This document shows positions 18,722 through 28,373 of a stretch of 64,000 nucleotides of DNA, in pieces. The stretch is from IMG/VR virus record IMGVR_UViG_3300013233_000093, positions 62,001 to 126,000 of that record, one strand, 5' to 3'. Position 1 is the stretch's first letter. The number at the start of each line of letters is the position of its first letter. Below the pieces are notes generated by a model that did not search any database, was not told the DNA's origin, and was given only the letters and a program-made list of their open reading frames with translations. Position numbers and translations under genes: made by a program.

Positions 18722-20200
18722 ATGAACCGTCAACAACCACCGTTAAACATGGGCACTGTACAGCGCGCCAGCATCGAACTGGTAAGCTTTGTAATGGCCG
18801 AGGTACCCATGACACACAACGTACATTTTCGTCCGTACGAAACACGTGCGGATGCTGAGTCCATTCAGGCTTTAGACAGCGCCACCAAGGGCGGTACTGC
18901 CGTTTCACCACTGGCCTTGGCGGGCGTAGTGGGAAAGATCATCGCACCCGCCACACAGTCCAAAGGCGTCTTAACTGTACCAGGAGGTTGGCAGTCTAAG
19001 CGTATGTCTGTAACCGCCACGTTCATACTGCGCGATGCGTTCGGTAACCAGAAGCGTGAGACTCTACAGGCATACACAGACCATGTGGGGGTCGCCGGAC
19101 AGTCAGGTGCATTGGCTCCGAACATGCGTCTGTTCTTTGGAACGCATACCTCCGCAACGCCCGTGCGTCGCGGCGCACAGATGGTTTACGGGCAATCTGC
19201 CAGCAGCCATGTAATGGCGCCTGTGGCTTACGTGAACACCAATAAGACTCAATGCATTGCCAATCAACCAATGCGTCCTAAAGACGCAATGGCAAGCGCA
19301 GAGATCCGCATGATGGGTGGCATGCCTTCCAATCACATGGATGCACGCACCACCATGCTTGGCGGGTGTACTCCGTCAAGAGTGGTTAACGCGTCACCAG
19401 CACATTACCTGGAACGCACGATGAATACTTATCGCGCTGCGGTGTCCACCAACATGCAGGGTAACGAAGCAGGCGACTTGTATAACGTACAAACTGCGGC
19501 AGAGGCACCAACACTATCAGAAGATTTGGTAGAAGCATCGCCCTTGTTTGCAGCTATCAAGGCAGCAAGTCAATTTGACACGAACCACTCTGTAACCATT
19601 GCTGAATTCAGAGCGGCCTTTCCAAACCTTGATGCAGTAAAGCACATTAACTTGATTGGCAAATCAGGCGTGTCTGACCTGACACAGTACAACCAGCATC
19701 TCGGCGGGTCTAATGTAGCCACGTCCATTTCCACAATGATCTCACAAGCGTTACCTGCGCTCATGAAGTCACTCAATGTCGGTATCTTTGGGTTTGTGGT
19801 GGATAATCATGCTCGCTTAGGTGATCCTAATGCACGCGCAGGTGTGTTTAACGTGGTAACCACTAACTTCCAGCTTACGATGGCACTTACCGATGAGAGT
19901 CAGCGTAAGGTCGTGCTAGAAGAAAACCTACGCACGCTCATTGCACCGCAGATTGTGGCGTACGGCGTAAGTGACTTTGTCGTCTCTGGTACGATTAACC
20001 TTATGGGCAGTTGTAGCTTGGGGATTTCCATCAACGGCGGAAACCCCATCCCGTATTCTACACCAATGTACACCGCAGTGACGCCCGTGGTAGGTGCCAC
20101 CGGACTTGCATTAGAAACCGTGTCTAACGACATCACAGCCTTAATGGCAAACACCATCAAAACCCCAGCTGCGGTAGACAGCGCGTACCCAACCTTTTAG
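18722..20200 (+). CDS. picA: PicA/Imp1-like nuclear protein-import factor (phiKZ gp69-like)
   Basis: 492 aa; RPYET, GGWQSKR, YTDH and MRPKD motifs; synteny after the gp68-like gene. Confidence 0.7.
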   Translation: MNRQQPPLNMGTVQRASIELVSFVMAEVPMTHNVHFRPYETRADAESIQALDSATKGGTAVSPLALAGVVGKIIAPATQSKGVLTVPGGWQSKRMSVTATFILRDAFGNQKRETLQAYTDHVGVAGQSGALAPNMRLFFGTHTSATPVRRGAQMVYGQSASSHVMAPVAYVNTNKTQCIANQPMRPKDAMASAEIRMMGGMPSNHMDARTTMLGGCTPSRVVNASPAHYLERTMNTYRAAVSTNMQGNEAGDLYNVQTAAEAPTLSEDLVEASPLFAAIKAASQFDTNHSVTIAEFRAAFPNLDAVKHINLIGKSGVSDLTQYNQHLGGSNVATSISTMISQALPALMKSLNVGIFGFVVDNHARLGDPNARAGVFNVVTTNFQLTMALTDESQRKVVLEENLRTLIAPQIVAYGVSDFVVSGTINLMGSCSLGISINGGNPIPYSTPMYTAVTPVVGATGLALETVSNDITALMANTIKTPAAVDSAYPTF

Positions 20201-20210
20201 GAGATTGTAA

Positions 20211-21449
20211 ATGAGTAATTTGTTGAAGTTTTACAAGGCCGTGTTAGCAGACCTTGGCATGACTGTGGATAAGAAGGGCGACGTATACATCGACGTCACT
20301 GGTGAATCACAGCGAGTGAAGGTGAAGGTGGCGCGGGATGATAAACGCGTTACACTCCCACTGTCCTTACCGACAGAGGAGTACATGGCTGAGGAGGATA
20401 ATACAGTGCGCGCGTATTTCCATCCTGCCAGCGAGTGCTACACACGCGGGCAACCCGAGATCCTAAACGCGGTAATCCGTCTATCAATGGTCAACTTGTA
20501 TGTAGACGCACAACACCTGACCGACACGATCCTGCAAGTAGCAGGAGATAAGGATAAACACGCTAACTTATCTCAGGCAGTGATCTCGCTGATTAACGAT
20601 ATTCCAGACGTAACCAACAACACACTTAAGGTGTGGAAAACGTTCCGGAACAAGTTAACCGGCACAGCACGACCACGTCCATTGCTTCAAGCGGCTTTAC
20701 GTCGTAACGAAACAGTAGACGGCACCGAATATCCACGGGTGTGTCGTATCTCGCATACTGCGGTAGAGTCTGATCTCTTTGGAGATAAGATGTCTAACGT
20801 GGCACGAGAGGCCATTACATCTGTGTACAAACGTGTACTGGGTGACGAACGAGTGGTATTCTGTTCTTCATCGCAATACGCGCCGTACATGATGGCGTTC
20901 TTAAATGCATATCACGAACAGATGACTCAGATCTCGGCAGTGTATCGTGTTATGCGCAAGCATTGTTCGCCCTCTATTAAGTTCAAAGGTGCATGGCTGG
21001 CCGATCTTAATAAGGTTAAGAAGTGGTATAACACCGAGCTGTATGTGCAATTGGAAGGTAATGTTGGCATGGGTGGTGTAGATGAGTCGGAAGACGATAG
21101 CACAGCCTCTGTTACACGCGTGGGTAAACGGGATACTCCTGCGTCTAAACCGGTCAGTCGGTCACCCGCTCCACGGGCAACCCCAACACCGAAGAAGACC
21201 AAGATGTTCCAGCCACCTGCACAACAAATGCAGCAGCCCATTCCGCCGCGTCCAATGTACGCACCACAGCAACCGGTAATGCAGCCGCCTCCTCAGCCAA
21301 TGTACGCACCTGCACCGCAAATGCAAATGCAAGGCGTTCCAGGCATTCAACAAAGCATGCCAATGCAAGCCCCTGTTGACGCTTACGGGCGTCCGTTACA
21401 ACAGGCCGTTCAACCACCACAACCCGCACGTCGTTACCAGATGAAGTAA
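20211..21449 (+). CDS. Conserved protein (phiKZ gp70-like) with Pro/Gln/Met low-complexity C-tail
   Basis: AGGAG SD; LLKFYKAVL, LPT, FHPASE and LEGNVG motifs. Confidence 0.7.
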   Translation: MSNLLKFYKAVLADLGMTVDKKGDVYIDVTGESQRVKVKVARDDKRVTLPLSLPTEEYMAEEDNTVRAYFHPASECYTRGQPEILNAVIRLSMVNLYVDAQHLTDTILQVAGDKDKHANLSQAVISLINDIPDVTNNTLKVWKTFRNKLTGTARPRPLLQAALRRNETVDGTEYPRVCRISHTAVESDLFGDKMSNVAREAITSVYKRVLGDERVVFCSSSQYAPYMMAFLNAYHEQMTQISAVYRVMRKHCSPSIKFKGAWLADLNKVKKWYNTELYVQLEGNVGMGGVDESEDDSTASVTRVGKRDTPASKPVSRSPAPRATPTPKKTKMFQPPAQQMQQPIPPRPMYAPQQPVMQPPPQPMYAPAPQMQMQGVPGIQQSMPMQAPVDAYGRPLQQAVQPPQPARRYQMK

Positions 21450-21451
21450 CA

Positions 21452-21484
21452 GCATAGTCCCCACTCCAATTGGAGTGGGGTATG
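21452..21484. terminator. GCATA-palindrome-TATG element between convergent genes
   Basis: ccccactccaattggagtgggg is a perfect palindrome. Confidence 0.7.
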
Positions 21485-21823
21485 TTACATTTGTCTTTTT
21501 ATGGATAAATACCGTTTAACAATACCGTCCACATAAGAAGGATCAACCGTGTATATAACGCGCTCTTCACGTAATAGATCTTGTGGCGTGCTAAGTCCGT
21601 TTACCCTCATGGTAACCCAAGCTAAATGTGCAGGTACGTTAAACATCAACAGAAGCCCGTTTAAATCGCCTCTGTATTTATCCACATCCACAGCGGTGGG
21701 GCGTTCTACACCAGCAATAGCGTCTGCGATTAATAGCGTCATGTGATCTTCCATCAATTGCCGATACTCAGCTGTATAGTAAAACGCATCTCCCCAATCA
21801 CCGTATAGTCTACTCACTTTCAT
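21485..21823 (-). CDS. Small LysM/T4 gp53-like baseplate-wedge-type protein
   Basis: Likely start is ATG 21823 (MKVSRL); GDLNGLL…LAWVTMRVNGLSTP resembles the gp53-like motif. Confidence 0.55.
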   Translation of the reverse strand: MKVSRLYGDWGDAFYYTAEYRQLMEDHMTLLIADAIAGVERPTAVDVDKYRGDLNGLLLMFNVPAHLAWVTMRVNGLSTPQDLLREERVIYTVDPSYVDGIVKRYLSIKRQM

Positions 21824-21836
21824 GTTTGAAAAAACC

Positions 21837-21856
21837 TTCAGGCATATATGACTATT
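21837..21856 (+). promoter_or_regulatory. Probable early promoter variant upstream of nvRNAP beta
   Basis: TTCAGGCATATATGAC, shared with 17219. Confidence 0.5.
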
Positions 21857-21881
21857 ACCCAGTAGAAGAAAAGGAAAATGT

Positions 21882-23975
21882 ATGACGGATGTAAACATAC
21901 GACCAGAGTTCCAAGGCGTGCCAGCCACAAGAACCCCGTTCGGTAACTTTGATTCATCTGGTAGATCCCAGATGTCTTTCGCAATGGATGCACAGGCAGT
22001 CGTGCCTGTAAAGCCAGAAATCCCCAGATCGCTAACAGGCTTTGAGGACCAGTTAGCCACGTTCACCACCGCGATTATCTCACCGTGTAATTGCGTCGTC
22101 GTAGAGGTGATTACGAAATACACAGGCGGTGAAGGCGCGGGTGCCATCAAAAGCAATCCCTTAGCCACCCTCATATACCAAGCAGACGAGACAGGCGAGT
22201 ATGGAGTAATCCACCTTATTCAATACCAGAATCAACTGGAGAGAATGCACGAGGTGTTCAGTTATGAATACCAACTCACATCATTGGGGAAGGCAGCGTG
22301 TCGCAAAGGTGCACGGTTACGCATGGGGGATATCTTATCCAAGCCACCGACTATTACCGATGAGGGTATTTACACAAATACCCTTAACGCTAACATGATT
22401 TACCTTTCATCGCCACCGACCATTGAAGATGGTTATGACGTGTCCGATGAGTTTCTTGCAAAGTGCAGTCCATGGGCTACCGAAGCACATGTGGCGGAGC
22501 CGGGAGATAAGTACTTCCCTGTAAACCTTTACGGAGATGCGGATAATTACCAACCGTTTCCTGAGATCGGTCAGAAGATTCGGGAAGATGGCCTTGTGTT
22601 TGCCATGCGTCCATTTAATGAAACGTTTAACGGGTTGAACATGACGGTCAACGAGTTAATGATCCCTGACTTAGTGCACGACGTTTGTACGTTTGCCAGC
22701 CCACATGCCATAGACGCGACGGTGTTTGACGTCACTGTGGAAACTACGAGTGGCGAAGGCAACCACGTTTCCAACATACCTGCTGGTATGGAAACGCAAA
22801 TGCGGAAGTACAGCAACTCACTGTCTGCTTATCACGCACGAATAGCAGACTTCTATAACCGTGAACGGGCAAACACACGGAGGATGCAACAGCCGTTTAA
22901 CATCACACCAGAACTACAGACATTAGTCACGTATGCTTTAGGTGATCGTCCCAACACAGTACTGCGGGGAGGTGCTGGCGGCAACGCACGCCGCAACTCT
23001 GTGAATAAAACATATCGTGCTAAACCGTTAAGTGAGTACCGAGTAGAGATTCACTTAAAGTATCGGTATGCGGTAGAGAACGGTGGCAAGGTCACCAACA
23101 AAGGCGGTGGTAAGGGAGTGGTGTGTAATCGTAAACCTGCCAGTGAGATGCCCGTGGACGAGTTTGGTAACGTGGCAGACATCGTGGGCTACTATCGTGG
23201 TGTGGTCGGTCGATTGAATCCAAGTCAGTTGTACAGCCAGTTCGTGAATGCGTTTACCCGAGACGTAGAAGGTGACATTGTTAAAATGCTTCAGTCAGGT
23301 AGTCGGCAGGAAGCATGGGATCACTATTTGGGGTTTGTGAAAGCATTGACCCCAGAGGCTTTGGAGTTTATCATCGATACCCCAGATGAGCGCAACCAGA
23401 TCCTAGACGGCATACAACTATCAGGCCTTTATCACATTTACGACAGCGCAGCTGATTCTTTCAGCGAGGACATGTGGTTTCGTTGCATGGAGTTCCGTCC
23501 ACCTAATAAATCCAGGGTCAAGTACGTAGACCAGAATGGAAATCTTAGACATCCCATTGAACCTGCTTTGATAGGTGAAGTGGAGATCTGGGTACTGGAT
23601 AAGATCTCGCATAAACCAATGGCGGTGAGTGGTGTGACTCGTCAACACTACGGCTTAGCAGCTGCACCTGGTAAGTCAACTAAGTACCAGGTGCCGGGAA
23701 ACCAAAAGCCGGCCCGGGTGTTTGGGGAAACCGAAACCCGTCAAGGTTGCTGTGTTATGGGTGGTGCCGCCATGGCTGAGATCTTAAGGATGTCAACCGA
23801 TCCTGAAACGCATCGTGAAGTGTGCTCTAACGTCTACACTGCGGAGCATCCCGGAGCGGTGGAGGACGTCATCGATAGGGATAAACAACACGGACTAGGG
23901 AGACCTGTAGAGTTTGTAAGACACATCATGTCGGGCATTGGCCTGCAAATCGTGGACATTGAGGAGCAATCGTAA
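21882..23975 (+). CDS. rpoB: Non-virion RNA polymerase beta subunit, C-terminal part (phiKZ gp71-73-like, uninterrupted)
   Basis: SSGRSQM, TGFE, IEDG, GGKVTNKGGGKGVV, RLNPSQL and RVFGETE motifs. Confidence 0.92.
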   Translation: MTDVNIRPEFQGVPATRTPFGNFDSSGRSQMSFAMDAQAVVPVKPEIPRSLTGFEDQLATFTTAIISPCNCVVVEVITKYTGGEGAGAIKSNPLATLIYQADETGEYGVIHLIQYQNQLERMHEVFSYEYQLTSLGKAACRKGARLRMGDILSKPPTITDEGIYTNTLNANMIYLSSPPTIEDGYDVSDEFLAKCSPWATEAHVAEPGDKYFPVNLYGDADNYQPFPEIGQKIREDGLVFAMRPFNETFNGLNMTVNELMIPDLVHDVCTFASPHAIDATVFDVTVETTSGEGNHVSNIPAGMETQMRKYSNSLSAYHARIADFYNRERANTRRMQQPFNITPELQTLVTYALGDRPNTVLRGGAGGNARRNSVNKTYRAKPLSEYRVEIHLKYRYAVENGGKVTNKGGGKGVVCNRKPASEMPVDEFGNVADIVGYYRGVVGRLNPSQLYSQFVNAFTRDVEGDIVKMLQSGSRQEAWDHYLGFVKALTPEALEFIIDTPDERNQILDGIQLSGLYHIYDSAADSFSEDMWFRCMEFRPPNKSRVKYVDQNGNLRHPIEPALIGEVEIWVLDKISHKPMAVSGVTRQHYGLAAAPGKSTKYQVPGNQKPARVFGETETRQGCCVMGGAAMAEILRMSTDPETHREVCSNVYTAEHPGAVEDVIDRDKQHGLGRPVEFVRHIMSGIGLQIVDIEEQS

Positions 23976-23976
23976 T

Positions 23977-25950
23977 ATGGGCATGGCACTATCGACAAAA
24001 CCGTACGCGGTAAACGCAGACGACTTGCTAAAGATGACAACCGCTCAACTGAGTAAGCTTCCCGAACTGTATTGGGACGTAACGTTCCATAACGGCGAGG
24101 TACTGCATACCACTAAGCGTCGTACCATGTACAGTCATATGTACTGGAGATTACACGCACTGTATCCGGGTGCGATTGTCAGACCCACTCACCATGTGGG
24201 TAATGGTAAGATGCGCCAGGGGATGGAACTGGATTTGATGGAAGTCATCTTCTGGGACGTCTGGCGTGATCACGTTGCACATGCACACGTGGACAAGTAT
24301 GAACTTGTTTGGGACATGGCGAAAGAGCTATACAAGACGCATAACGGCGTGTATAACTTTTACGTCACCGACCTTGGCGACTATCTACTGACAGGGGACT
24401 TAGGAGACCTCGTCACAATGATGCACCATCCTGAAATCAAAGAAGCCAAACGGCTTGTTATGGAAGAAGGCATGGAAATGTCGGATGGATACGATCGCAT
24501 CATTGACGTGATGCGTGGAGACGATCCTGCATTACGACATAACGCAATTGGGATGTTGGCGAGAGCAGGACTGGTGAATCTGAGCCAGATTGTACAACTC
24601 GTCAGTATGCGCGGTCGGGTATACTCCACCAGTGGCCGTATCTACGACGAACCCATCTATGAAAGTTATGGCGGTGGGATTAAAACCCTAGCTGCGTCTG
24701 CCATGGAGACGCGTCAAGCTGCATTTGCTTTGTATATGAATACAGAGCCGTTGCAGCAGACCGAGTACCTTAACAGACGCATGCAACTGCATTGCGAGAT
24801 CATTGATCGCGTGGAAGGGCATGATTGTGGTACAACGCATTACGCAGACTGGCTCATGGGGGATCACGAGTTACACCAGTTCTCGGGCAAGTACCATTTC
24901 TACGACGGTGAGTTGCGCGTTATAAGAAAGACGGACACTCACCTGATCGGTAAACGTCTGAAGATCCGCACGTTTGCTCACTGTGAGAACCACGATCCCA
25001 CCACAGTCTGTGCTACATGTCTAGGCGAGACGTCTCTGATTATGCCAGAGAACACCAACTTAGGTCATTTCCTTACGGTGTACGCGCTGTCGTTAATGTC
25101 ACAACTGATCTTGTCAACAAAGCACGTGGTGGCTTCACAGGAATCGTTGTTCCTGGATTTGATTGATTCGGTGAATGATATTCTGAAGCTGAATCCTAAG
25201 AACAAGTCTGAGGTAATGGTTAAGGGCGCCGGTATTCAACGTTTTGTCATACGTATTAAGACAGACGAGTTCCATGGTAGAAACAGGGTAGTAAACTCCA
25301 ATGTCCCCGCACGCAATCAACTGGCTTCTAGACTGAGTAACATCAGTCAGTTAATGATTGCAGGTGCAGACGAAGACGGTAATCGCTTCGGAGATTGGGC
25401 GGTTATTGACACCTCATTAGGTGGTGATGGATCGTCCCTATCACTGGACGTGCTAGAGGTGGTGCAGGATAACGGGTGGAAAGAAGTGGATGAGTACATG
25501 GACGTCTTCCTGGATGACTTTAAGGGCAAGTCTATCTTTGTAACACCTAAGCGTAACGAGTCTGTAATCGATTACGTAAACCGTGCACGGCATTTCCTGT
25601 TTGCCTCTCAGAGCGAGAAGTCCACTACGGGAGATGTAATCACTAACCACCACACCGCAACAGAAGCAATGGCTGCACTTAAAGACTTGTTCGATAAGCG
25701 CATGCCTAAAGCGAACTTCACCACAGTGGAGATCTTCATCCGCGCGTCAATGACTGTAAACGGTCTGCAAGACGTACGACTGCCAGTGGGAGGCAGAACC
25801 TTTATCCCACTCGATGCCCGTCAGATCATCCAACGTCGTACTGTGTCAGCAGCATTGGCATACGAACGACAACGTGGTCCTTTACTGGAACCGTCTGCGG
25901 TACTGAATACCAACAGACAGAACCATCCAATGGATCGTATCTCGGGATAA
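23977..25950 (+). CDS. rpoC: Non-virion RNA polymerase beta' subunit, C-terminal part (phiKZ gp74-like)
   Basis: GAGGAG SD; QLVSMRG, EYLNRRMQL, DCGT, C…VCATCLG, SQLILSTKH and LAYE motifs. Confidence 0.9.
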   Translation: MGMALSTKPYAVNADDLLKMTTAQLSKLPELYWDVTFHNGEVLHTTKRRTMYSHMYWRLHALYPGAIVRPTHHVGNGKMRQGMELDLMEVIFWDVWRDHVAHAHVDKYELVWDMAKELYKTHNGVYNFYVTDLGDYLLTGDLGDLVTMMHHPEIKEAKRLVMEEGMEMSDGYDRIIDVMRGDDPALRHNAIGMLARAGLVNLSQIVQLVSMRGRVYSTSGRIYDEPIYESYGGGIKTLAASAMETRQAAFALYMNTEPLQQTEYLNRRMQLHCEIIDRVEGHDCGTTHYADWLMGDHELHQFSGKYHFYDGELRVIRKTDTHLIGKRLKIRTFAHCENHDPTTVCATCLGETSLIMPENTNLGHFLTVYALSLMSQLILSTKHVVASQESLFLDLIDSVNDILKLNPKNKSEVMVKGAGIQRFVIRIKTDEFHGRNRVVNSNVPARNQLASRLSNISQLMIAGADEDGNRFGDWAVIDTSLGGDGSSLSLDVLEVVQDNGWKEVDEYMDVFLDDFKGKSIFVTPKRNESVIDYVNRARHFLFASQSEKSTTGDVITNHHTATEAMAALKDLFDKRMPKANFTTVEIFIRASMTVNGLQDVRLPVGGRTFIPLDARQIIQRRTVSAALAYERQRGPLLEPSAVLNTNRQNHPMDRISG

Positions 25951-26001
25951 CCTAATAGACCACGCCAGTCTGGCGTGGTCATTTGCACTCTAGGAGCTAC
26001 A

Positions 26002-26739
26002 ATGAACAAAGCAGAAATATCGCATAACGATTACTCGCACCATCCGTATGACGGCAGTATGGATGTGGTGATTGCATCAGGTCGTATTGAAAACGTTTAC
26101 TGCCAGGTGTATCATAACACACATCCTCTTGCGCATGGCATTACTGCAAATGCATTACGTAAAACCATGGATCGCTTGTTACAGGCGGGCACTCCAACGG
26201 ATTACAATTATCCATTGGGTAGCGTAAGCGGGCCTAATGACGATGGTAATCGACGCTTTACATTCGAGACACCAGCAACCCCACATGAATATACTTGTGG
26301 ACCATTTCGCGTTATCCGTAATACCGGTCCGTGTAAAAAACCTAATCCATGCTTTAGCCATGCGAGTCACACCGCTCTGCATAAAACCGTAAACGGGGAA
26401 GAAAAACGGCTTTATCGTGCGTTGTATAACATGACCATCGTGCCGGAACAACTAACAATTGGACCTGTGCACGACAACTACGCTATTCTAGAAGACGGAA
26501 CGGGCAGATACATGGCAATGTGTGTAACTACTAAGTACGAAGACACATGCTTAGAGTTCACGTATATAAACAGTGACGAGATTCCTCGCCTTATGGCTAA
26601 AATTACATACCCTCGTGGCACGGTCTTCACAGAGCAGACGTTAGTGTCCATTGCATTTGGTGTGCTCGACATCTACGAGGAACAGATTCACGTACATCAG
26701 AACTGTCGTATTTTACCATTCGAACCAGACGTCTTGTAA
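26002..26739 (+). CDS. Hypothetical protein
   Basis: AGGAG SD before ATG 26002. Confidence 0.7.
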   Translation: MNKAEISHNDYSHHPYDGSMDVVIASGRIENVYCQVYHNTHPLAHGITANALRKTMDRLLQAGTPTDYNYPLGSVSGPNDDGNRRFTFETPATPHEYTCGPFRVIRNTGPCKKPNPCFSHASHTALHKTVNGEEKRLYRALYNMTIVPEQLTIGPVHDNYAILEDGTGRYMAMCVTTKYEDTCLEFTYINSDEIPRLMAKITYPRGTVFTEQTLVSIAFGVLDIYEEQIHVHQNCRILPFEPDVL

Positions 26740-26803
26740 CCTTTAACTAGGCTATATCTTTCTATCAATGATGGTATTTTTTGTACCATGTACGGAGAGT
26801 GAG

Positions 26804-28321
26804 ATGAAAGCTTTTGTGTTTAACATATACAGTCACTGTTTTACAGTAGCTGTTGAGGGAGAGAAGGCTAGACGTGCCGTCATGGCATACTACGATGGAT
26901 TAAAGCTGTACGATGAGGTATGGTCTCAGGTACATCGTAGAAAGATAACCACGCTTAAGGCTGTGTTTGCAGTGGGGTATCCAGACGGTAAAACGTTTGC
27001 GTTCCCCATTCAAGATCATGAGATGCTGATGGCTAAGCTGGCGTTGCACGGGTTCTGCGAAGAGTCTTACAGCGTACAGATACATCGTCCATCCGACGGT
27101 GTGGCGGTGGATACAAAGCTGAAGGAAGGCGTGGCTCCAAGGGAAGAACAAGTTCCGATCATTAAGTTTATGACGGATCCAGGTAAATCCCTTAGAGTAT
27201 TGCCGCTACGTACCGGCGGCGGTAAGACCATATCCACGTTACTTACAGTAAAGCAGTTGGGCAGACGTGCTGCGTTCACGATGGGTGCACAGCACATCAT
27301 CACATGGCTTCGATCTATCGAAGACTTCTTAGATATAAAGAAAGACGATATTTGCGTGGTGCGGGGATCGGCTGCTCTGGCTAAGCTTATAAAGTTATCC
27401 AAGGCAGGTGAAAACACGTACACGCATATCTTTATATCACAGACGACCATCCGTGACTTCATTAAGGCTAATATGGCCACTGGGTACACGGTAGAGGGCG
27501 TGGGGCCAAGAGAGCTGTATCAGGTACTTGGTGTGGGGATCGTCGCTACAGACGAAGCACACGAAGCCGTACACGCAGTCACGTTACACGCCATCCACAC
27601 GCATGTATCTCGAGTGATCTATCTGTCCGCTACTTTGACCACGGATGACGGATTTATCCAGAATCAGTACGATAAGATCTTTCCATTAGCAGACAGATAC
27701 ACAGGCGGTAAGAGTAACAATCACGTCGATGTGTATCCGGTATATTACCGATTACACGAGCCAAAGAAAGCCAAGTTCAAAGGGTTTCGCGGGTACAGTC
27801 ACATTGTCTATGAACAGTGGATTGGAAAAGACCCAAAACGTTTTGAGAACTACTACCAATTGATCAAACATCTGATCGATTTGACGTATGTAAAGAACTA
27901 CAAGGAGAAACAAGTATTACTCGTGTACGCAGCGCAAGTTTCATTCTGCGAGCGTTTAGCGGATCGCATTACACTGGACTACCCAGATCTTAACGTTTCG
28001 TCTTATACCGCCTCTAACGAAGAGTCGGTGTTATTTGATAACGACGTTATTGTTTCCACGGTAGGTTCGTGCGGCACAGGAAAGGACATTCCCAACATAA
28101 GCACAGTCGTGGCCACAGTGGCGATTATGTCTGTACAGAAAAACTTACAGATGCTCGGTCGTCCAAGACCCATGGTGAACTACCCGGGTCAAAACCCTAA
28201 GTATCTGTATCTAAACTGTCGGGACATTAAGAGCCATAGCGACTACGACAAACGCAAGCGTCAGATATTTCCGGGTAAGTGTAAGTCCATTCGTGGATAC
28301 GACACCGGCATATACGTTTAA
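26804..28321 (+). CDS. SF2 DEAD/DEAH-box helicase (UvsW-like; phiKZ gp75-like)
   Basis: PREEQ, TGGGKT (Walker A), DEAH, SAT, GTGKD and QMLGRPR motifs. Confidence 0.92.
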   Translation: MKAFVFNIYSHCFTVAVEGEKARRAVMAYYDGLKLYDEVWSQVHRRKITTLKAVFAVGYPDGKTFAFPIQDHEMLMAKLALHGFCEESYSVQIHRPSDGVAVDTKLKEGVAPREEQVPIIKFMTDPGKSLRVLPLRTGGGKTISTLLTVKQLGRRAAFTMGAQHIITWLRSIEDFLDIKKDDICVVRGSAALAKLIKLSKAGENTYTHIFISQTTIRDFIKANMATGYTVEGVGPRELYQVLGVGIVATDEAHEAVHAVTLHAIHTHVSRVIYLSATLTTDDGFIQNQYDKIFPLADRYTGGKSNNHVDVYPVYYRLHEPKKAKFKGFRGYSHIVYEQWIGKDPKRFENYYQLIKHLIDLTYVKNYKEKQVLLVYAAQVSFCERLADRITLDYPDLNVSSYTASNEESVLFDNDVIVSTVGSCGTGKDIPNISTVVATVAIMSVQKNLQMLGRPRPMVNYPGQNPKYLYLNCRDIKSHSDYDKRKRQIFPGKCKSIRGYDTGIYV

Positions 28322-28328
28322 CCTTTTC

Positions 28329-28358
28329 AGGGTGTCTATCTAGACACTCTTTTTTTTT
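28329..28358 (+). terminator. Intrinsic terminator
   Basis: agggtgtcta-tc-tagacactct followed by a T run. Confidence 0.7.
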
Positions 28359-28373
28359 CATGAGGATATAAAG

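Noticed and set aside
21824-22174. 229-aa N-terminal extension of the minus-strand ORF overlapping nvRNAP beta
   Set aside because: Overlaps a conserved gene and its promoter; ATG 21823 gives a compact, motif-bearing protein.
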